Counted from the stretch's first letter, positions 25,315 through 35,879 are shown. The stretch is DNA of 64,000 nt from Candidatus Latescibacterota bacterium (GCA_965204725.1 OZ242005.1:1376001-1440000), one strand, 5' to 3'. Notes: generated from the letters alone by a model not told the origin. Made by a program: numbers and translations.

Positions 25315-28203
25315 TCAGCGATTGTAACCAATCGAAATCGAGAACGAGCGGCCTTGGTAGTACTGGCTGGCGATGTAATCGGCGCCTTGGTAGCGATACG
25401 CCTTGGCAAAGGAGGAATCGAGGAGGTTTTTGGCGCTCAGCTTGATCTTGTACTCGTGCCACTGCTGAGAGAAGGTGCAGTCGAAGGTGCCGCGCTCCTC
25501 CTCGAACACGTCCGGGGTCCCGCCGAGGCTGACTTCGGCCAAGCGCCGGCCGAACATGTTGTAGTAGATACCGGCGGCCGTGCCGGTGGCGAAGTTGTCG
25601 TAGCTGAGATTGAGGTTCAGGAGGAAGGGCGATTGTCCTTGCAGCGAGCGCTCGCGAGCCGCTTGCGGGTTGAGGGCTTGGCGCAGCGTTAGCTCGGTGG
25701 AGTCGATCGCGACCTTGGAGCGGAGCAGCGACAGGTTGCCGCCGGCGTGGAAGTGCTCGGGTAGGAGGAATCCGAGGCTGTGCCGCCCCTCGAACTCAAC
25801 CCCGGACACTTGGGCGGTTTCGACGTTTTGGAACTGAACCTCGCCGTTGACCGTGAGAATGACGCGCTCAATGGGGTTTTTGAAGTCCTTGTAAAACACG
25901 CTGGCCGCGTACAGCTCGCCGGGGCGGCCAAAGTGCTCCCAGCGCAAGTCGTAGTTGTCGATCCGGGTCCGCTCTAGCTCGGCGTTGCCGATAAAGGTAA
26001 AGCCGCCGACGAAACTGAACGAGGCAAACGGGGCCAACTCGCGGAAGGTCGGCCGGGCGAGGGTGCGGCCGTAGGAAGCGCGCACATTCATGCCGGGGCG
26101 GATTTCCCAGACGGCGTTGAGCGAGGGTAGTAGGTCGTTTTCGGCGAGTCGGCCGGCGGTCTTGGTCGGGTCTTGGCTGGCTACGTCGATGCGCGTGGCT
26201 TCAAGCCGGGTCCCCCCCACGAGGCGCAACTTGGTATTGATGGGCAATTCGAGCATTGCGTAGCCGGCGTAGATTTGCTGGTCGCCGTCGAAATTGCTCG
26301 AAAGTTGGGTGGCGTCTTGGACGTAGGAGCCGAAGCGGTACTGCCGCCCATTGCGGCTGGTCAGCCCCACCTTTTCGGCCTCAAAAAAGGTGTTGGGCTG
26401 GCCGTCGTAGTCGATGTCGTCTTGGTCAAATTCGTAGCGCCGCTCGCGAAAGGCGCGCTGTTTGTCCAGAGCCAAGAAGCCGGTTTTAAGGTAGCTGTTG
26501 ATGCCCTGCCATTGCTTGAAGGGATAGGTCAGGTTGAGCTGGAATTCGCGGTTGCTCTCGTCGAGATCGCGGAAGTAGCGAGTGGGCAATGGGTAAATCG
26601 AGGGCGAGATCGAGTAATCCGTGACCGGACCGCGGATGACTTTGTCGTTTTCGTCGCGCAGTACCTCGCCGTTTTCGCCGCGCAACGGGCGGTTTTTGGT
26701 GACGTAGTTGTTGGTAAAAAATCGCAGGTCCGGCTCTGCTTGGGTTGAAGCAGAAGCGGACGCCGACCATTCGGCCCGCAGGTCGCGCAAGCCGCCAAAG
26801 TAGTGTTTGCCAGCCAGTTGCAGCGATTGGATTTGGCGCTCGGTAAACTGCAAAACGCGCGTCTCGTACAGGGCGTCCTCTTCGAGATCGCGGGGGAACG
26901 CGCCGGCTAGGTAGCGGGCGACGTCTTCGCTGTTGCGGTTGTACAGGTTGGTCGCGGACAATTCGTGCGTGGGCGATGGCTTGATGGACAAGGTGACGAG
27001 GCTGCCCCAGGCGATTTCCCGTGCCCCCCGGGTGTCGGCGAGGTTAAAGTTATTGGTCAGGGTCTTGGCTTCCTTACTGGTGAGTTGCCAACGGGCTGAG
27101 GTGCCGTTGTCGTAAAAGGATGCGCTGTTGCTGTAGCTGAGAGTGCCGAGGAAGCCAACGGGCCGGTCCAAGAGCGAAACTTGGTTGCCCAAGGCGACCG
27201 AATAGCTCTGGTTGAGCGGTGCGGTCGCGGTGGTGGGGGCCATGACCGAGGAGAACGACTTGGAATACTCGTCGAGCCGCAGGGCCTTTTCCTCGTCGTT
27301 GTACGCCGCGCCCACATCGGGAATTTCTGCATCGCTGGTGGCCAGCGCAGTGGGAATTTCTCGCGTCCCGTCGTCGATGCCGATCCAATCGAGGTCGCCG
27401 CCCTCGTAGGTGAGGAACTGGTCGTTAAACGAGCTTTGGGTATTGAATTTGGTCGAGGCCGACACGGAAAGGGTGAAGTGATCGGGAAACGCCTTGGTGC
27501 CAATGTTGACCGAACCGCCGGTAAAGTCGCCGGGCTTGTCCGGGGTAAAGCTCTTGGTGGTGACGATGTTGTCTAAGAGCGAAGTGGGGAAGAGATCCAT
27601 GGGGACAGCCCGCTTGTCGGGGTCGGCGTTGGGAAGCGAAGAGCCGTTGAGCTGGACCGAGCTATAGCGGTCGCCTAGCCCGCGGATATAGACGTATTTG
27701 CCCCCCACGACCGAGGCACCCGGTACGTGCGCCATGGCCTCGGCCGCGTCGCCGCTGCCAGCCCGTGCGATTTCCTCGGCGCTAATGGCATCGCTGACTG
27801 CGGGGGCCTTTTGGCGTTCCTTGAGCAGGGCCGCACCGGTATTGCGCAGGGCCTTGGCCTCAACGATGACCTCGTCGTCGATTTCTAAGGCTTCGGGCAT
27901 GAGGGTGATGACCAGTTTGGCGCCCTCGCCGTCTTGTACCTCAACGCCGATAATCGACGCATCTTGATAGCCGATCATCGAGCTGGCCAGCACATAGGTC
28001 CCGCTCGGGACCTCGAAAAGCTGAAACCGCCCCTCGACATCGCAGGTCATGCCGATCTGAGTGCCTTCTAGGAAGACCAGTGCGCCCACGAGCGGGTCGC
28101 CGGTCTGGCGGTCGAGAACCACGCCGGAGAGGGTGCCTTGGGCCGAGGCCGGCCGGGCAAGAGCTAACAGGGCGAGGCCGACGATGGACAAGCAGCACTT
28201 CAT
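25315..28203 (-). CDS. TonB-dependent receptor with N-terminal carboxypeptidase-regulatory-like domain
   Basis: Start MKCCL at 28203 (GGAGG RBS, signal peptide); plug motif VYIRGLGDRY..KSFTPD.PG; LLPSLN, RP.FRELAPF, KNLLD, C-terminal GRSFSISIGYNR. Confidence 0.92.
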   Translation of the reverse strand: MKCCLSIVGLALLALARPASAQGTLSGVVLDRQTGDPLVGALVFLEGTQIGMTCDVEGRFQLFEVPSGTYVLASSMIGYQDASIIGVEVQDGEGAKLVITLMPEALEIDDEVIVEAKALRNTGAALLKERQKAPAVSDAISAEEIARAGSGDAAEAMAHVPGASVVGGKYVYIRGLGDRYSSVQLNGSSLPNADPDKRAVPMDLFPTSLLDNIVTTKSFTPDKPGDFTGGSVNIGTKAFPDHFTLSVSASTKFNTQSSFNDQFLTYEGGDLDWIGIDDGTREIPTALATSDAEIPDVGAAYNDEEKALRLDEYSKSFSSVMAPTTATAPLNQSYSVALGNQVSLLDRPVGFLGTLSYSNSASFYDNGTSARWQLTSKEAKTLTNNFNLADTRGAREIAWGSLVTLSIKPSPTHELSATNLYNRNSEDVARYLAGAFPRDLEEDALYETRVLQFTERQIQSLQLAGKHYFGGLRDLRAEWSASASASTQAEPDLRFFTNNYVTKNRPLRGENGEVLRDENDKVIRGPVTDYSISPSIYPLPTRYFRDLDESNREFQLNLTYPFKQWQGINSYLKTGFLALDKQRAFRERRYEFDQDDIDYDGQPNTFFEAEKVGLTSRNGRQYRFGSYVQDATQLSSNFDGDQQIYAGYAMLELPINTKLRLVGGTRLEATRIDVASQDPTKTAGRLAENDLLPSLNAVWEIRPGMNVRASYGRTLARPTFRELAPFASFSFVGGFTFIGNAELERTRIDNYDLRWEHFGRPGELYAASVFYKDFKNPIERVILTVNGEVQFQNVETAQVSGVEFEGRHSLGFLLPEHFHAGGNLSLLRSKVAIDSTELTLRQALNPQAARERSLQGQSPFLLNLNLSYDNFATGTAAGIYYNMFGRRLAEVSLGGTPDVFEEERGTFDCTFSQQWHEYKIKLSAKNLLDSSFAKAYRYQGADYIASQYYQGRSFSISIGYNR

Positions 28204-28270
28204 AAACTGAAAACCTCCCTTGGGGACTAGATAGAAGTCAAAAATGATAGAGAGGCTGTGTTGAGAAGAG

Positions 28271-28297
28271 GTTACTGCAAAATTACAATCCGGTGAC
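28271..28297 (-). promoter_or_regulatory. PHO-box array (3 units) upstream of the TonB receptor
   Basis: Minus strand GTCAC-6-GTAAT-6-GTAAC, exact 11-bp period. Confidence 0.75.
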
Positions 28298-28344
28298 AAA
28301 GGGCCTTGGCGGAAGGATGTCCAACGCGAGGCGAGCGAAAAATC

Positions 28345-28382
28345 GTCACCATTTCGTAACAGTGTTGTAACGATGGCGTCAT
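28345..28382 (+). promoter_or_regulatory. PHO-box array (4 units) upstream of the porin gene
   Basis: GTCAC 28345, GTAAC 28356, GTAAC 28367, GTCAT 28378, exact 11-bp period. Confidence 0.85.
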
Positions 28383-28458
28383 ATTGCGAGCGGATTTTGT
28401 AGGTGGAAAAAGAAATGGGGCCTAATTTCGCACCGGACGAAGGAGCGTTGTAACACAA

Positions 28459-29415
28459 ATGCAAAAAACGATACGACTCATCGCCGGGTTGCTTTGCTGC
28501 TCGGCCACCGCAGTTCAAGCCGAGGCGGGTACAATCCAAGGCGTTATGTTCAGCGACTACTACTATGTATTGGCCGCCGAGCAGGTTGCCAAGCGCAATG
28601 CTTTCCGGTTCCGCCGGCTGTACTTCACGTACCAAAAGGATGTCGCTACCGACTTTGCGATTCGCTTCCGCCTCGAAGCCAAGGACGCGGGGTTTGCCCA
28701 AGGCGAGAAGATGCGGCCTTTCGTCAAGCACTCCTACTTGCGGTGGAAGAGGGCACTCGGCGATGCGGATCTATACTTGGGGCTTTCGGGGACGCCGACT
28801 TGGGCGGTCGCCGAAAAGGTCTGGGGCTACCGCTCGATAGCCAAGACCGTGCTCGACTACAATAAAATCGGCTCTTCGGCCGACTTGGGCGTGGCGCTCA
28901 AAGGCAAGGCCGCCCGGCTGCGCTATCACCTAATGGTCGGCAACGGTCCCGGACAGGGGCCAGAGGACGACCACGGCAAGAAGTTCTATGGGTCGTTGAG
29001 TTTTAAGGCGGCGGACCGCTGGGTGTTGGAAGGCTATGCAGACTTCAATGCAAAGCCGGTTGGTCGCAACGAGCGGACCTTCAAGGGTTTCGTCGGCTGG
29101 CAGGGCGCGCAGGGCGCGGCCGGGCTGGAGGTTTTCTCGCGCACCAACGCACGGGCCGGCGATGGCGGTGAAGACCAAGTTCTCTCCGGGGTCTCGGGCT
29201 TCGGCTCGCTGTCGCTCGGTGCTGCGCTCAAGGGCTTTGGCCGGTTCGATGCGGTGGCCGACGACGCGGAGGATGCCACCGATTGGCTCTTCATCGCCGG
29301 GCTCGACTACGCCGCCGCGACCGCCGTCCACCTGATGCCCAATGTGTTCGTCGCGCTGCCCGAAGGCCGCGATGCCAACGTCGAGGGGCGGTTGACCTTT
29401 TTCTGTAAATTCTAA
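28459..29415 (+). CDS. Outer-membrane porin, probably phosphate-selective (OprO/P-like)
   Basis: Signal peptide, arginine-rich FRFRRLYF, amphipathic strands, C-terminal Phe; lies directly upstream of pstS. Confidence 0.72.
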   Translation: MQKTIRLIAGLLCCSATAVQAEAGTIQGVMFSDYYYVLAAEQVAKRNAFRFRRLYFTYQKDVATDFAIRFRLEAKDAGFAQGEKMRPFVKHSYLRWKRALGDADLYLGLSGTPTWAVAEKVWGYRSIAKTVLDYNKIGSSADLGVALKGKAARLRYHLMVGNGPGQGPEDDHGKKFYGSLSFKAADRWVLEGYADFNAKPVGRNERTFKGFVGWQGAQGAAGLEVFSRTNARAGDGGEDQVLSGVSGFGSLSLGAALKGFGRFDAVADDAEDATDWLFIAGLDYAAATAVHLMPNVFVALPEGRDANVEGRLTFFCKF

Positions 29416-29430
29416 TGGGCGTTCTTCCAA

Positions 29431-29515
29431 GGATCGAGGGCGGGACGCCCTCGATCCCGGATTCAGCGGAAGCACCAGAAAATGCGGACGTAAAGCAGGT
29501 GTCGCGTACTTAGGG
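29431..29515. repeat. Intergenic palindromic repeat, copy 2
   Basis: Perfect hairpin ggatcgagggcg-gga-cgccctcgatcc, then cggattcagcgg..agaaaa and aggtgtcgcgtactt, same spacing as copy 1. Confidence 0.75.
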
Positions 29516-29519
29516 CGTT

Positions 29520-29557
29520 GTAACTCAAGTTTCATCCGCGAGACACGCGGGTGTAAC
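29520..29557 (+). promoter_or_regulatory. PHO-box-like array (4 units) upstream of pstS
   Basis: GTAAC 29520, TTCAT 29531, GACAC 29542, GTAAC 29553, exact 11-bp period. Confidence 0.7.
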
Positions 29558-29612
29558 ACAAATTCTGCAAACTGTACAAAACGGCCATACTGAAATGGCA
29601 TGGGGAAGCAAA

Positions 29613-30581
29613 ATGAAAAAGAAATGGCTCGGGATGGCGCTGATTGGGGTGTTCGCCGCCGGCGTCCACGCGCAGACCATCGACATAGATGAGCGAATCG
29701 CACCCTACGAGAAGGTGCGCGGGCTGTCCGGCAACGCCAGCAGCATTGGCTCGGACACCATGAACAACATGATGGCCCTGTGGTTGGAGGCTTTTCGCAA
29801 ATACTATCCCAACGTCAAGATCCAAATCGAAGGCAAAGGGTCGAGTACCGCGCCGCCGGCCTTGATTGAGGGCACGGCCCAGTTCGGGCCGATGTCGCGG
29901 CCCATGAAGTCGAGCGAGGAGGACAAATTCGACCGCGCCTTTGGCTACAAGCCAACGCCCTTGCGGGCCGCGCTCGACGCGCTCGCGGTCTTTGTCAACA
30001 AGGACAACCCCATCGCGGGCCTGACCCTGCCGCAAGTCGATGCGATTTTTTCCAAGACCCGCCGCAGCGAGTTCCCCCGCGATATTACCCTTTGGGGCCA
30101 CTTGGGGCTGAGCGGCGATTGGGCCAAGGCCCAGATCAGCCTCTACGGCCGCAACTCGGCCTCGGGCACCTATGGCTTTTTTAAGAAGCAGGCCCTGTTC
30201 AAAGGCGACTATAAGGACGAAGTCAAGGAACAGCCCGGGTCGGCGTCCGTCGTGCAGGGGATTACTGAGGACCGCTTTGCCATCGGCTACAGCGGCATTG
30301 GCTATCGGACCTCGGGCGTGCGCGTCGTGCCGTTGGCCAAGGCCGAGGGAGAGGAGTTTAGGCAAGGCTCCATGGAAAACGTGCTGAACGGCTCCTATCC
30401 CTTGGGCCGCTTCCTATACATTTATATTAACAAGGCCCCCGGCCAAGCCATGGACCCGCTCGTGCGGGAGTTCTGCACGTTCATTTTCTCCAAAGAGGGT
30501 CAAGAAATTGTGGTCAAAGACGGCTATATGCCCGTGCCGTTTGCAGTGGCCCAAGCCGAATTGGCCAAACTGGCCAACTAA
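29613..30581 (+). CDS. pstS: Phosphate ABC transporter substrate-binding protein
   Basis: Signal peptide MKKKW; GSDTM, GKGSSTA, PMSR, GRNSASGT, IGYSGIGY, YPLGR. Confidence 0.95.
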   Translation: MKKKWLGMALIGVFAAGVHAQTIDIDERIAPYEKVRGLSGNASSIGSDTMNNMMALWLEAFRKYYPNVKIQIEGKGSSTAPPALIEGTAQFGPMSRPMKSSEEDKFDRAFGYKPTPLRAALDALAVFVNKDNPIAGLTLPQVDAIFSKTRRSEFPRDITLWGHLGLSGDWAKAQISLYGRNSASGTYGFFKKQALFKGDYKDEVKEQPGSASVVQGITEDRFAIGYSGIGYRTSGVRVVPLAKAEGEEFRQGSMENVLNGSYPLGRFLYIYINKAPGQAMDPLVREFCTFIFSKEGQEIVVKDGYMPVPFAVAQAELAKLAN

Positions 30582-30593
30582 GAGCGCGGCCCC

Positions 30594-32792
30594 GTGACCC
30601 CCAAGCCCCATAAGCGCGGGATCACGCCGCGCGCACGAGCGATTGACTGGCTGGGTCGGCACTTTATCTCCTTTGGTGGCATCGGCATTGTGGCCGCTGT
30701 CTTGGGGATATTCGTCTTCGTCCTCGCCGAGGCTTGGCCCCTGTTCCGCGCCCCGAACCTACAAGCAGAAAAAGCGCACCGCGTGGTCGGCCCATTTGCC
30801 ATTGGGCTCGACCCCTATTATCAGACCGCGTATGCGGTCGGCCCCCAAGGGGTGGATTTGTTGCGGCTGGACGATGGGCAAGTCATCCGCCGGGTGCGGC
30901 CGGCCGAGCTCACGGGCCGTGCGGTAACGGCCGCCCAGCGAAACGACGTTTTGGCGCTGGGCACGAGCGATGGTCGCCTGCTTTTGGCGCAGGTCCGCTT
31001 TCCGCTCGACTACAGCAGTGGCCAGCGGCAGGTGGTGCCGCAATTTGCGGCTGAGCGTCTCGTCGCGGTCGATCCGGCGGGCGAGCCGCTGGTGCGGGTG
31101 ACCTTTCGGCAAGGGGACGATGGCCGTTCGGGCGCGGCGGCGATTACGGCGAGCGGCCGCTTGGTGCTGATGATGGCCGAGCAGCAGCAGGGCCTGTTGG
31201 GGCCGGGCGAGCGCAAAGCAATGCACTACGAGCTAACGGCCGCCCTCGACGGCAAGGCCACGCAGGTGCTGCTCGATGGCCGCATTCGCCAGATGCTGGT
31301 GGGGACGGATCAAGGGCAGGTGTGCGAGTGGCGGCTGGGCGCAGTGGAGCAAGCGCCGGCGTTTGTAGGATGCTTGGCCGTCTCGGAGGTTGCGGTTTCG
31401 GCGCTAGGGTACGCGCTGGGCGAGATTTCGCTGGTCGTCGGCGACGCAACCGGCCACGTCAGCGCGTGGTTTAAGATCGAGGAGGTCGGGCAGCGGTCGT
31501 ATCGCAAAATCCACGCCTTTGCCGCTCATGCGGCGGCTGTCACCCACATTGCCGCCTCGCCGCGCGACAAGCAGTTTCTCACGGCCGACGCCGAGGGGGC
31601 GATAGCCCTGCACCACCTGACCTCCGAGCAGACGACCTTCCAACAGCCGGGCGACTCTCCGGTGACCGCGTTGGTTTTCGCGCCCAAGGCCGACGGATTT
31701 TTGGCCCTCGGCCAAGACGGGTGGCTGCGGCGCTTTGCCCTGGACCATCCCCATCCCGAAATCAGCGCGGCCGTGCTATTGGCTCCTATCTGGTACGAGG
31801 GGTACAAGGGCCGCGAATACGTGTGGCAGTCCACCGGCGGCACGGACGAGTTCGAGCCGAAGCTCAGCTTGGTGCCGCTGATTTGGGGCACGGCCAAGGG
31901 GACGTTCTACGCCCTGCTCTTCGCCCTGCCCTTGGCGGTTTTAGCAGCGATTTACACGGCTGAATTTGCCTCGCCGCGCGTCCAAGGGTTGGTCAAGCCG
32001 TCCGTGGAGGTCATGGCCTCGCTGCCGAGCGTCATCTTGGGTTTTCTCGCGGGTTTGTGGCTGGCGCCCCTCCTCGAATCGCACTTGTTGGGAACCTTGC
32101 TGCTGCTGCCGGCCGTGCCAGCCGCAGTCATGGCCGCGGCTTGGGGGTGGCAATACGCCCCGGCGGCGTGGGTGCGCCGAGTGGCAGAGGTGGGGGAGAT
32201 GTACCTGCTCGGTGCGGTGACCCTGCTGGTCGCTGGGGCGGCGTACGCGCTGGGGCCGGTCTTTGAGGAATGGGCCTTTGACGGGCACTTCCTGCGCTGG
32301 CTGCGGCAAGACGCGGGCGTAGGCTACGACCAGCGCAACTGCTTGGTGGTGGGCTTTGCCATGGGCTTTGCGGTCATTCCGCTGATCTTCACCATCTGCG
32401 AGGACGCGCTCTCCAGCGTACCCGGGCACTTGCGCGCCGGCTCGCTGGCCTTGGGGGCCACGCCTTGGCAGACGGCGATCAAGGTGGTGTTGCCCATGGC
32501 CCTGCCGGGCATTTTCTCGGCCGCGATGATCGGCCTTGGCCGCGCCATTGGGGAAACCATGATCGTGCTGATGGCCACCGGCAATACCCCGATCATGGAT
32601 TGGAACATTTTTAACGGCATGCGCACCATCTCGGCCAACATCGCCGTAGAGCTACCCGAAGCGCCGCACCAAGGGACGCTCTACCGAGTGCTCTTCCTCA
32701 GCGGCCTGCTGCTGTTTACGGTCACCTTCTGCATCAACTCGCTGGCCGAGGTCGTGCGGCAGCGCCTGCGGGACAAGTACAATCGACTGTGA
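30594..32792 (+). CDS. pstC: Phosphate ABC permease PstC, long form with beta-propeller-like extracytoplasmic domain
   Basis: WQSTGG.D.FEPK, EVMASLPSVILG, EDAL..VP..LALGATPWQT, GRAIGETM. Confidence 0.93.
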   Translation: MTPKPHKRGITPRARAIDWLGRHFISFGGIGIVAAVLGIFVFVLAEAWPLFRAPNLQAEKAHRVVGPFAIGLDPYYQTAYAVGPQGVDLLRLDDGQVIRRVRPAELTGRAVTAAQRNDVLALGTSDGRLLLAQVRFPLDYSSGQRQVVPQFAAERLVAVDPAGEPLVRVTFRQGDDGRSGAAAITASGRLVLMMAEQQQGLLGPGERKAMHYELTAALDGKATQVLLDGRIRQMLVGTDQGQVCEWRLGAVEQAPAFVGCLAVSEVAVSALGYALGEISLVVGDATGHVSAWFKIEEVGQRSYRKIHAFAAHAAAVTHIAASPRDKQFLTADAEGAIALHHLTSEQTTFQQPGDSPVTALVFAPKADGFLALGQDGWLRRFALDHPHPEISAAVLLAPIWYEGYKGREYVWQSTGGTDEFEPKLSLVPLIWGTAKGTFYALLFALPLAVLAAIYTAEFASPRVQGLVKPSVEVMASLPSVILGFLAGLWLAPLLESHLLGTLLLLPAVPAAVMAAAWGWQYAPAAWVRRVAEVGEMYLLGAVTLLVAGAAYALGPVFEEWAFDGHFLRWLRQDAGVGYDQRNCLVVGFAMGFAVIPLIFTICEDALSSVPGHLRAGSLALGATPWQTAIKVVLPMALPGIFSAAMIGLGRAIGETMIVLMATGNTPIMDWNIFNGMRTISANIAVELPEAPHQGTLYRVLFLSGLLLFTVTFCINSLAEVVRQRLRDKYNRL

Positions 32793-34384
32793 TGGGCTTT
32801 TGGCGGCGGGGCGACCCTTTTATCTGGCTTACGGGCGGCGCGTTGGCCCTGTGCTTGGCGATGATCGCCGGCTTGGTGGGGATCATTGTCTATCACGGTG
32901 CCGGCGCGTTCTGGCCGCAGGATCTGACCCTGTTGCGCCTCCAAGACGACCGGCGCGTCTTGGGCAAACTGGTCGATCGCCAGCCCATTCCCGGGGCCGC
33001 AGAGAGCCATCGAGTGCAGCTAAAGGTCGGCAACCGCGATGTGTATGGACAAGACTTCCGCTGGGTGGATGAAGCGGCCATTGCCGAGCGCGAAACGCCG
33101 GCCGAGGCCGTGGTGTTCGAGCGGGTCGAGTGGGGGGATATGCACGGCTTTGTCACGGCCTTGTACGAGGAAGAGCGGGTACTCGCAACAGGAGAGGGGG
33201 TCTGGGACGCCTTGCAGGGGGTGATGGCCCAAGCCAGCGAGTTGGGCGAGCGCATCCACTCCTTAGAGCGCGGACCCATCGGCGAGCTCAGCTACGAAAT
33301 AGAGGACTTGCGCCGGCAAGAGCGGCGCTGGCAACGCGAGCAAAACGACGCGCAACTCGCGGCTAACGAGGTGCGCCGCCAAGCCCTGTGGGCCGAGCAC
33401 GAGGCCCTGTCGGAGCGCTTGGACGAGTTGCGGGCGCAGCACCAGCGCTGGGCGGTGGAGGTCGCGCTGGCGGGCGGCGAGACGCGCCGGGTGGATGTCG
33501 CGGCCATCGTCCGCGCCTATCGCCCCAATTCGATGGGCCTTGGGGCCAAGGTGCAGACCTATCTGTCCAAGGGCTGGGAATTCGTGGCGGGCGAGCCGCG
33601 CGAATCCAACACCGAGGGCGGCATATTCCCGGCGATCTTTGGCACCGTGATGATGGTGATGCTGATGAGCTTGGCGGCCGTGCCCTTTGGGGTCTTGGCG
33701 GCGCTCTACCTGCGCGAGTACGCCCGGCAGGGCTTTTTGGTGCGCCTCGTGCGCATTGCGGTCAACAACTTGGCCGGCGTACCTTCCATTGTCTTTGGCA
33801 TGTTCGGATTGGGCTTTTTCGTGTACGGCATTGGCGGCAGCATTGACCAGCTTTTTTATGCGGACGCCCTGCCGACGCCCACCTATGGCACCGGCGGCAT
33901 TCTCTGGGCCTCCCTGACCCTCGCCCTGCTGACGGTTCCGGTCGTCATCGTTGCCACTGAGGAGGGCTTGGCGGCCGTGCCGCGGGAGATGCGCGAGGGG
34001 GCGCTGGCTTTGGGGGCGACCAAATTTCAGATGATTTGGACCGTGGTGCTGCCCAGCGCGCTGCCGGGCATTCTCACCGGGGTCATCTTGGCCACGGCGC
34101 GCGGGGCCGGCGAGGTCGCGCCGCTGATGATCACCGGCGTAGTCAAGCTGGCGCCGGATTTACCCCTCGATGCGTTCGCGCCGTTTTTTCATCTAGAGCG
34201 CAAGTTCATGCACTTGGGCTTTCACATCTACGACGTGGGCTTTCAGTCGCCCAACGTGGAGGCGGCCCGGCCCATGGTGTACACCACGGCCCTGCTGCTG
34301 TTGGCCATTGTGCTGCTCCTGAACTTGACGGCGATTGTCGTCCGCAACAAACTGCGTAGGAAATACGCCATGTCGGCCTTTTAG
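32789..34384 (+). CDS. pstA: Phosphate ABC permease PstA, long form
   Basis: [48 protein letters not shown]. Confidence 0.95.
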   Translation: MMGFWRRGDPFIWLTGGALALCLAMIAGLVGIIVYHGAGAFWPQDLTLLRLQDDRRVLGKLVDRQPIPGAAESHRVQLKVGNRDVYGQDFRWVDEAAIAERETPAEAVVFERVEWGDMHGFVTALYEEERVLATGEGVWDALQGVMAQASELGERIHSLERGPIGELSYEIEDLRRQERRWQREQNDAQLAANEVRRQALWAEHEALSERLDELRAQHQRWAVEVALAGGETRRVDVAAIVRAYRPNSMGLGAKVQTYLSKGWEFVAGEPRESNTEGGIFPAIFGTVMMVMLMSLAAVPFGVLAALYLREYARQGFLVRLVRIAVNNLAGVPSIVFGMFGLGFFVYGIGGSIDQLFYADALPTPTYGTGGILWASLTLALLTVPVVIVATEEGLAAVPREMREGALALGATKFQMIWTVVLPSALPGILTGVILATARGAGEVAPLMITGVVKLAPDLPLDAFAPFFHLERKFMHLGFHIYDVGFQSPNVEAARPMVYTTALLLLAIVLLLNLTAIVVRNKLRRKYAMSAF

Positions 34385-34392
34385 GAGATGCA

Positions 34393-35175
34393 ATGAGCAA
34401 GCCCCCAACCCCGGCGGATGACAACGCCATCGTCGAAGTGGAAAACCTGAGCATGTTCTACGGCGAGACGCAGGCTTTGCACGACATTGACCTGTGCATT
34501 CCCGAGCGCGAGGTGACCGCGTTTATCGGGCCTTCGGGCTGCGGCAAATCAACGCTCTTGCGCTGCCTCAATCGCCTCAACGACCTGATCGAATCCGCGC
34601 GCATTCAAGGCGTGGTGCGGGTCAGCGGCCGCGACATTTACGCGCCCGATTGCGATGTGATCGACTTGCGGCGGCGGGTGGGCATGGTATTTCAAAAGTC
34701 CAATCCCTTCCCCAAGTCCATTTACGAGAACGTGGCCTACGGCCTGCGGATCGCCGGGGAAAACCGCCGCTGGGTGCTCGACGAGGCCGTGGAGAAGAGC
34801 CTGCGGGCGGCCGCGCTGTGGGACGAGGTCGAGGACCGGCTCAAGGACAGCGCCATGGGCCTGTCCGGCGGCCAGCAGCAGCGGCTGTGCATCGCTCGCA
34901 CCTTGGCCGTTGAGCCGGAGGTGATCCTGATGGATGAGCCGTGCTCCGCGCTCGACCCGATTGCCACCGCCCGGATTGAGGAGACCATCACCGAGCTGAA
35001 GTCCGATTACACCATCATCGTCGTCACGCACAATCTGCAACAAGCGGCGCGGATTTCGACCTACACGGCCTTCTACTATCTAGGCTCCTTAATTGAGTTC
35101 AGCCAGACCGAAGACATGTTCACCAATCCCCGCCGCAAGCAGACCGAAGACTACGTAACCGGCCGCTTTGGCTGA
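34393..35175 (+). CDS. pstB: Phosphate ABC ATP-binding protein
   Basis: [39 protein letters not shown]. Confidence 0.97.
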   Translation: MSKPPTPADDNAIVEVENLSMFYGETQALHDIDLCIPEREVTAFIGPSGCGKSTLLRCLNRLNDLIESARIQGVVRVSGRDIYAPDCDVIDLRRRVGMVFQKSNPFPKSIYENVAYGLRIAGENRRWVLDEAVEKSLRAAALWDEVEDRLKDSAMGLSGGQQQRLCIARTLAVEPEVILMDEPCSALDPIATARIEETITELKSDYTIIVVTHNLQQAARISTYTAFYYLGSLIEFSQTEDMFTNPRRKQTEDYVTGRFG

Positions 35176-35189
35176 GGTGGAAAGACGCC

Positions 35190-35879
35190 ATGGAACGCAA
35201 ATTCGACCACCAATTAGACGAGCTCAAGCAGGACCTATTAAAAATGGGCGGGGCCGTTGAGGAGTCCATTGAGCAGGCCGTGCGCGCCCTCGTGGACCGC
35301 GACGACGCGCTCGTGCAGACCGTGATTGAGGGCGGGAAGAAGATCGACGACTGGGAAATCGGCGTTGAGGAGACCTGCCTGAAGATGGTTGCGACCCAAG
35401 GGCCGATGGCCAGCGACCTGCGGCTGTTGGCCTGCATCCTGAAAATCAACGAAGACCTAGAGCGGATCAACGACGAAGCCGTCAATATCGCCCAGCGCGC
35501 CGCAGTGCTCAACAAGCTGCCGTTGCTCAAGCCCCTGATCGACATACCGCGAATGTCCGAGTTGGCGCAGCGCATGGTCAAGGACGCCCTCGACGCCTTC
35601 GTGCGCCGCGATGTGAAGCTGGCCCGCGCCGTTGGTCAGCGCGACGACGCGCTCGACCTGTTGCGCGACCAGATTTTTCGCGAGTTGCTGACGTACATGC
35701 ACGCGCCGGCGATTGGGCCGGACACCATCGACCGCGGCATCTACCTGATCTTGGTGTCGCGGCACCTCGAAAGGATTGGCGATCACGCCTCCAACATCGC
35801 CGAGAACGTGGTGTTCCTCGTGGAGGGGCGCATCGTGCGGCATCAAAAAGAAGAGTGGTGGGAGGAAAGCGACGCATGA
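35190..35879 (+). CDS. phoU: Phosphate signalling protein PhoU
   Basis: PMASDLR, DLERIND, LERIGDHASNIAE. Confidence 0.96.
   Translation: MERKFDHQLDELKQDLLKMGGAVEESIEQAVRALVDRDDALVQTVIEGGKKIDDWEIGVEETCLKMVATQGPMASDLRLLACILKINEDLERINDEAVNIAQRAAVLNKLPLLKPLIDIPRMSELAQRMVKDALDAFVRRDVKLARAVGQRDDALDLLRDQIFRELLTYMHAPAIGPDTIDRGIYLILVSRHLERIGDHASNIAENVVFLVEGRIVRHQKEEWWEESDA

Noticed and set aside
25181-25462. 94-aa N-terminal extension of the T9SS-cargo ORF in the ORF track
   Set aside because: Overlaps the receptor 3' end; RBS and signal peptide place the start at 25180
28204-28731. 176-aa N-terminal extension of the TonB receptor
   Set aside because: Runs through the promoter and antisense to the porin; RBS and signal peptide place the start at 28203
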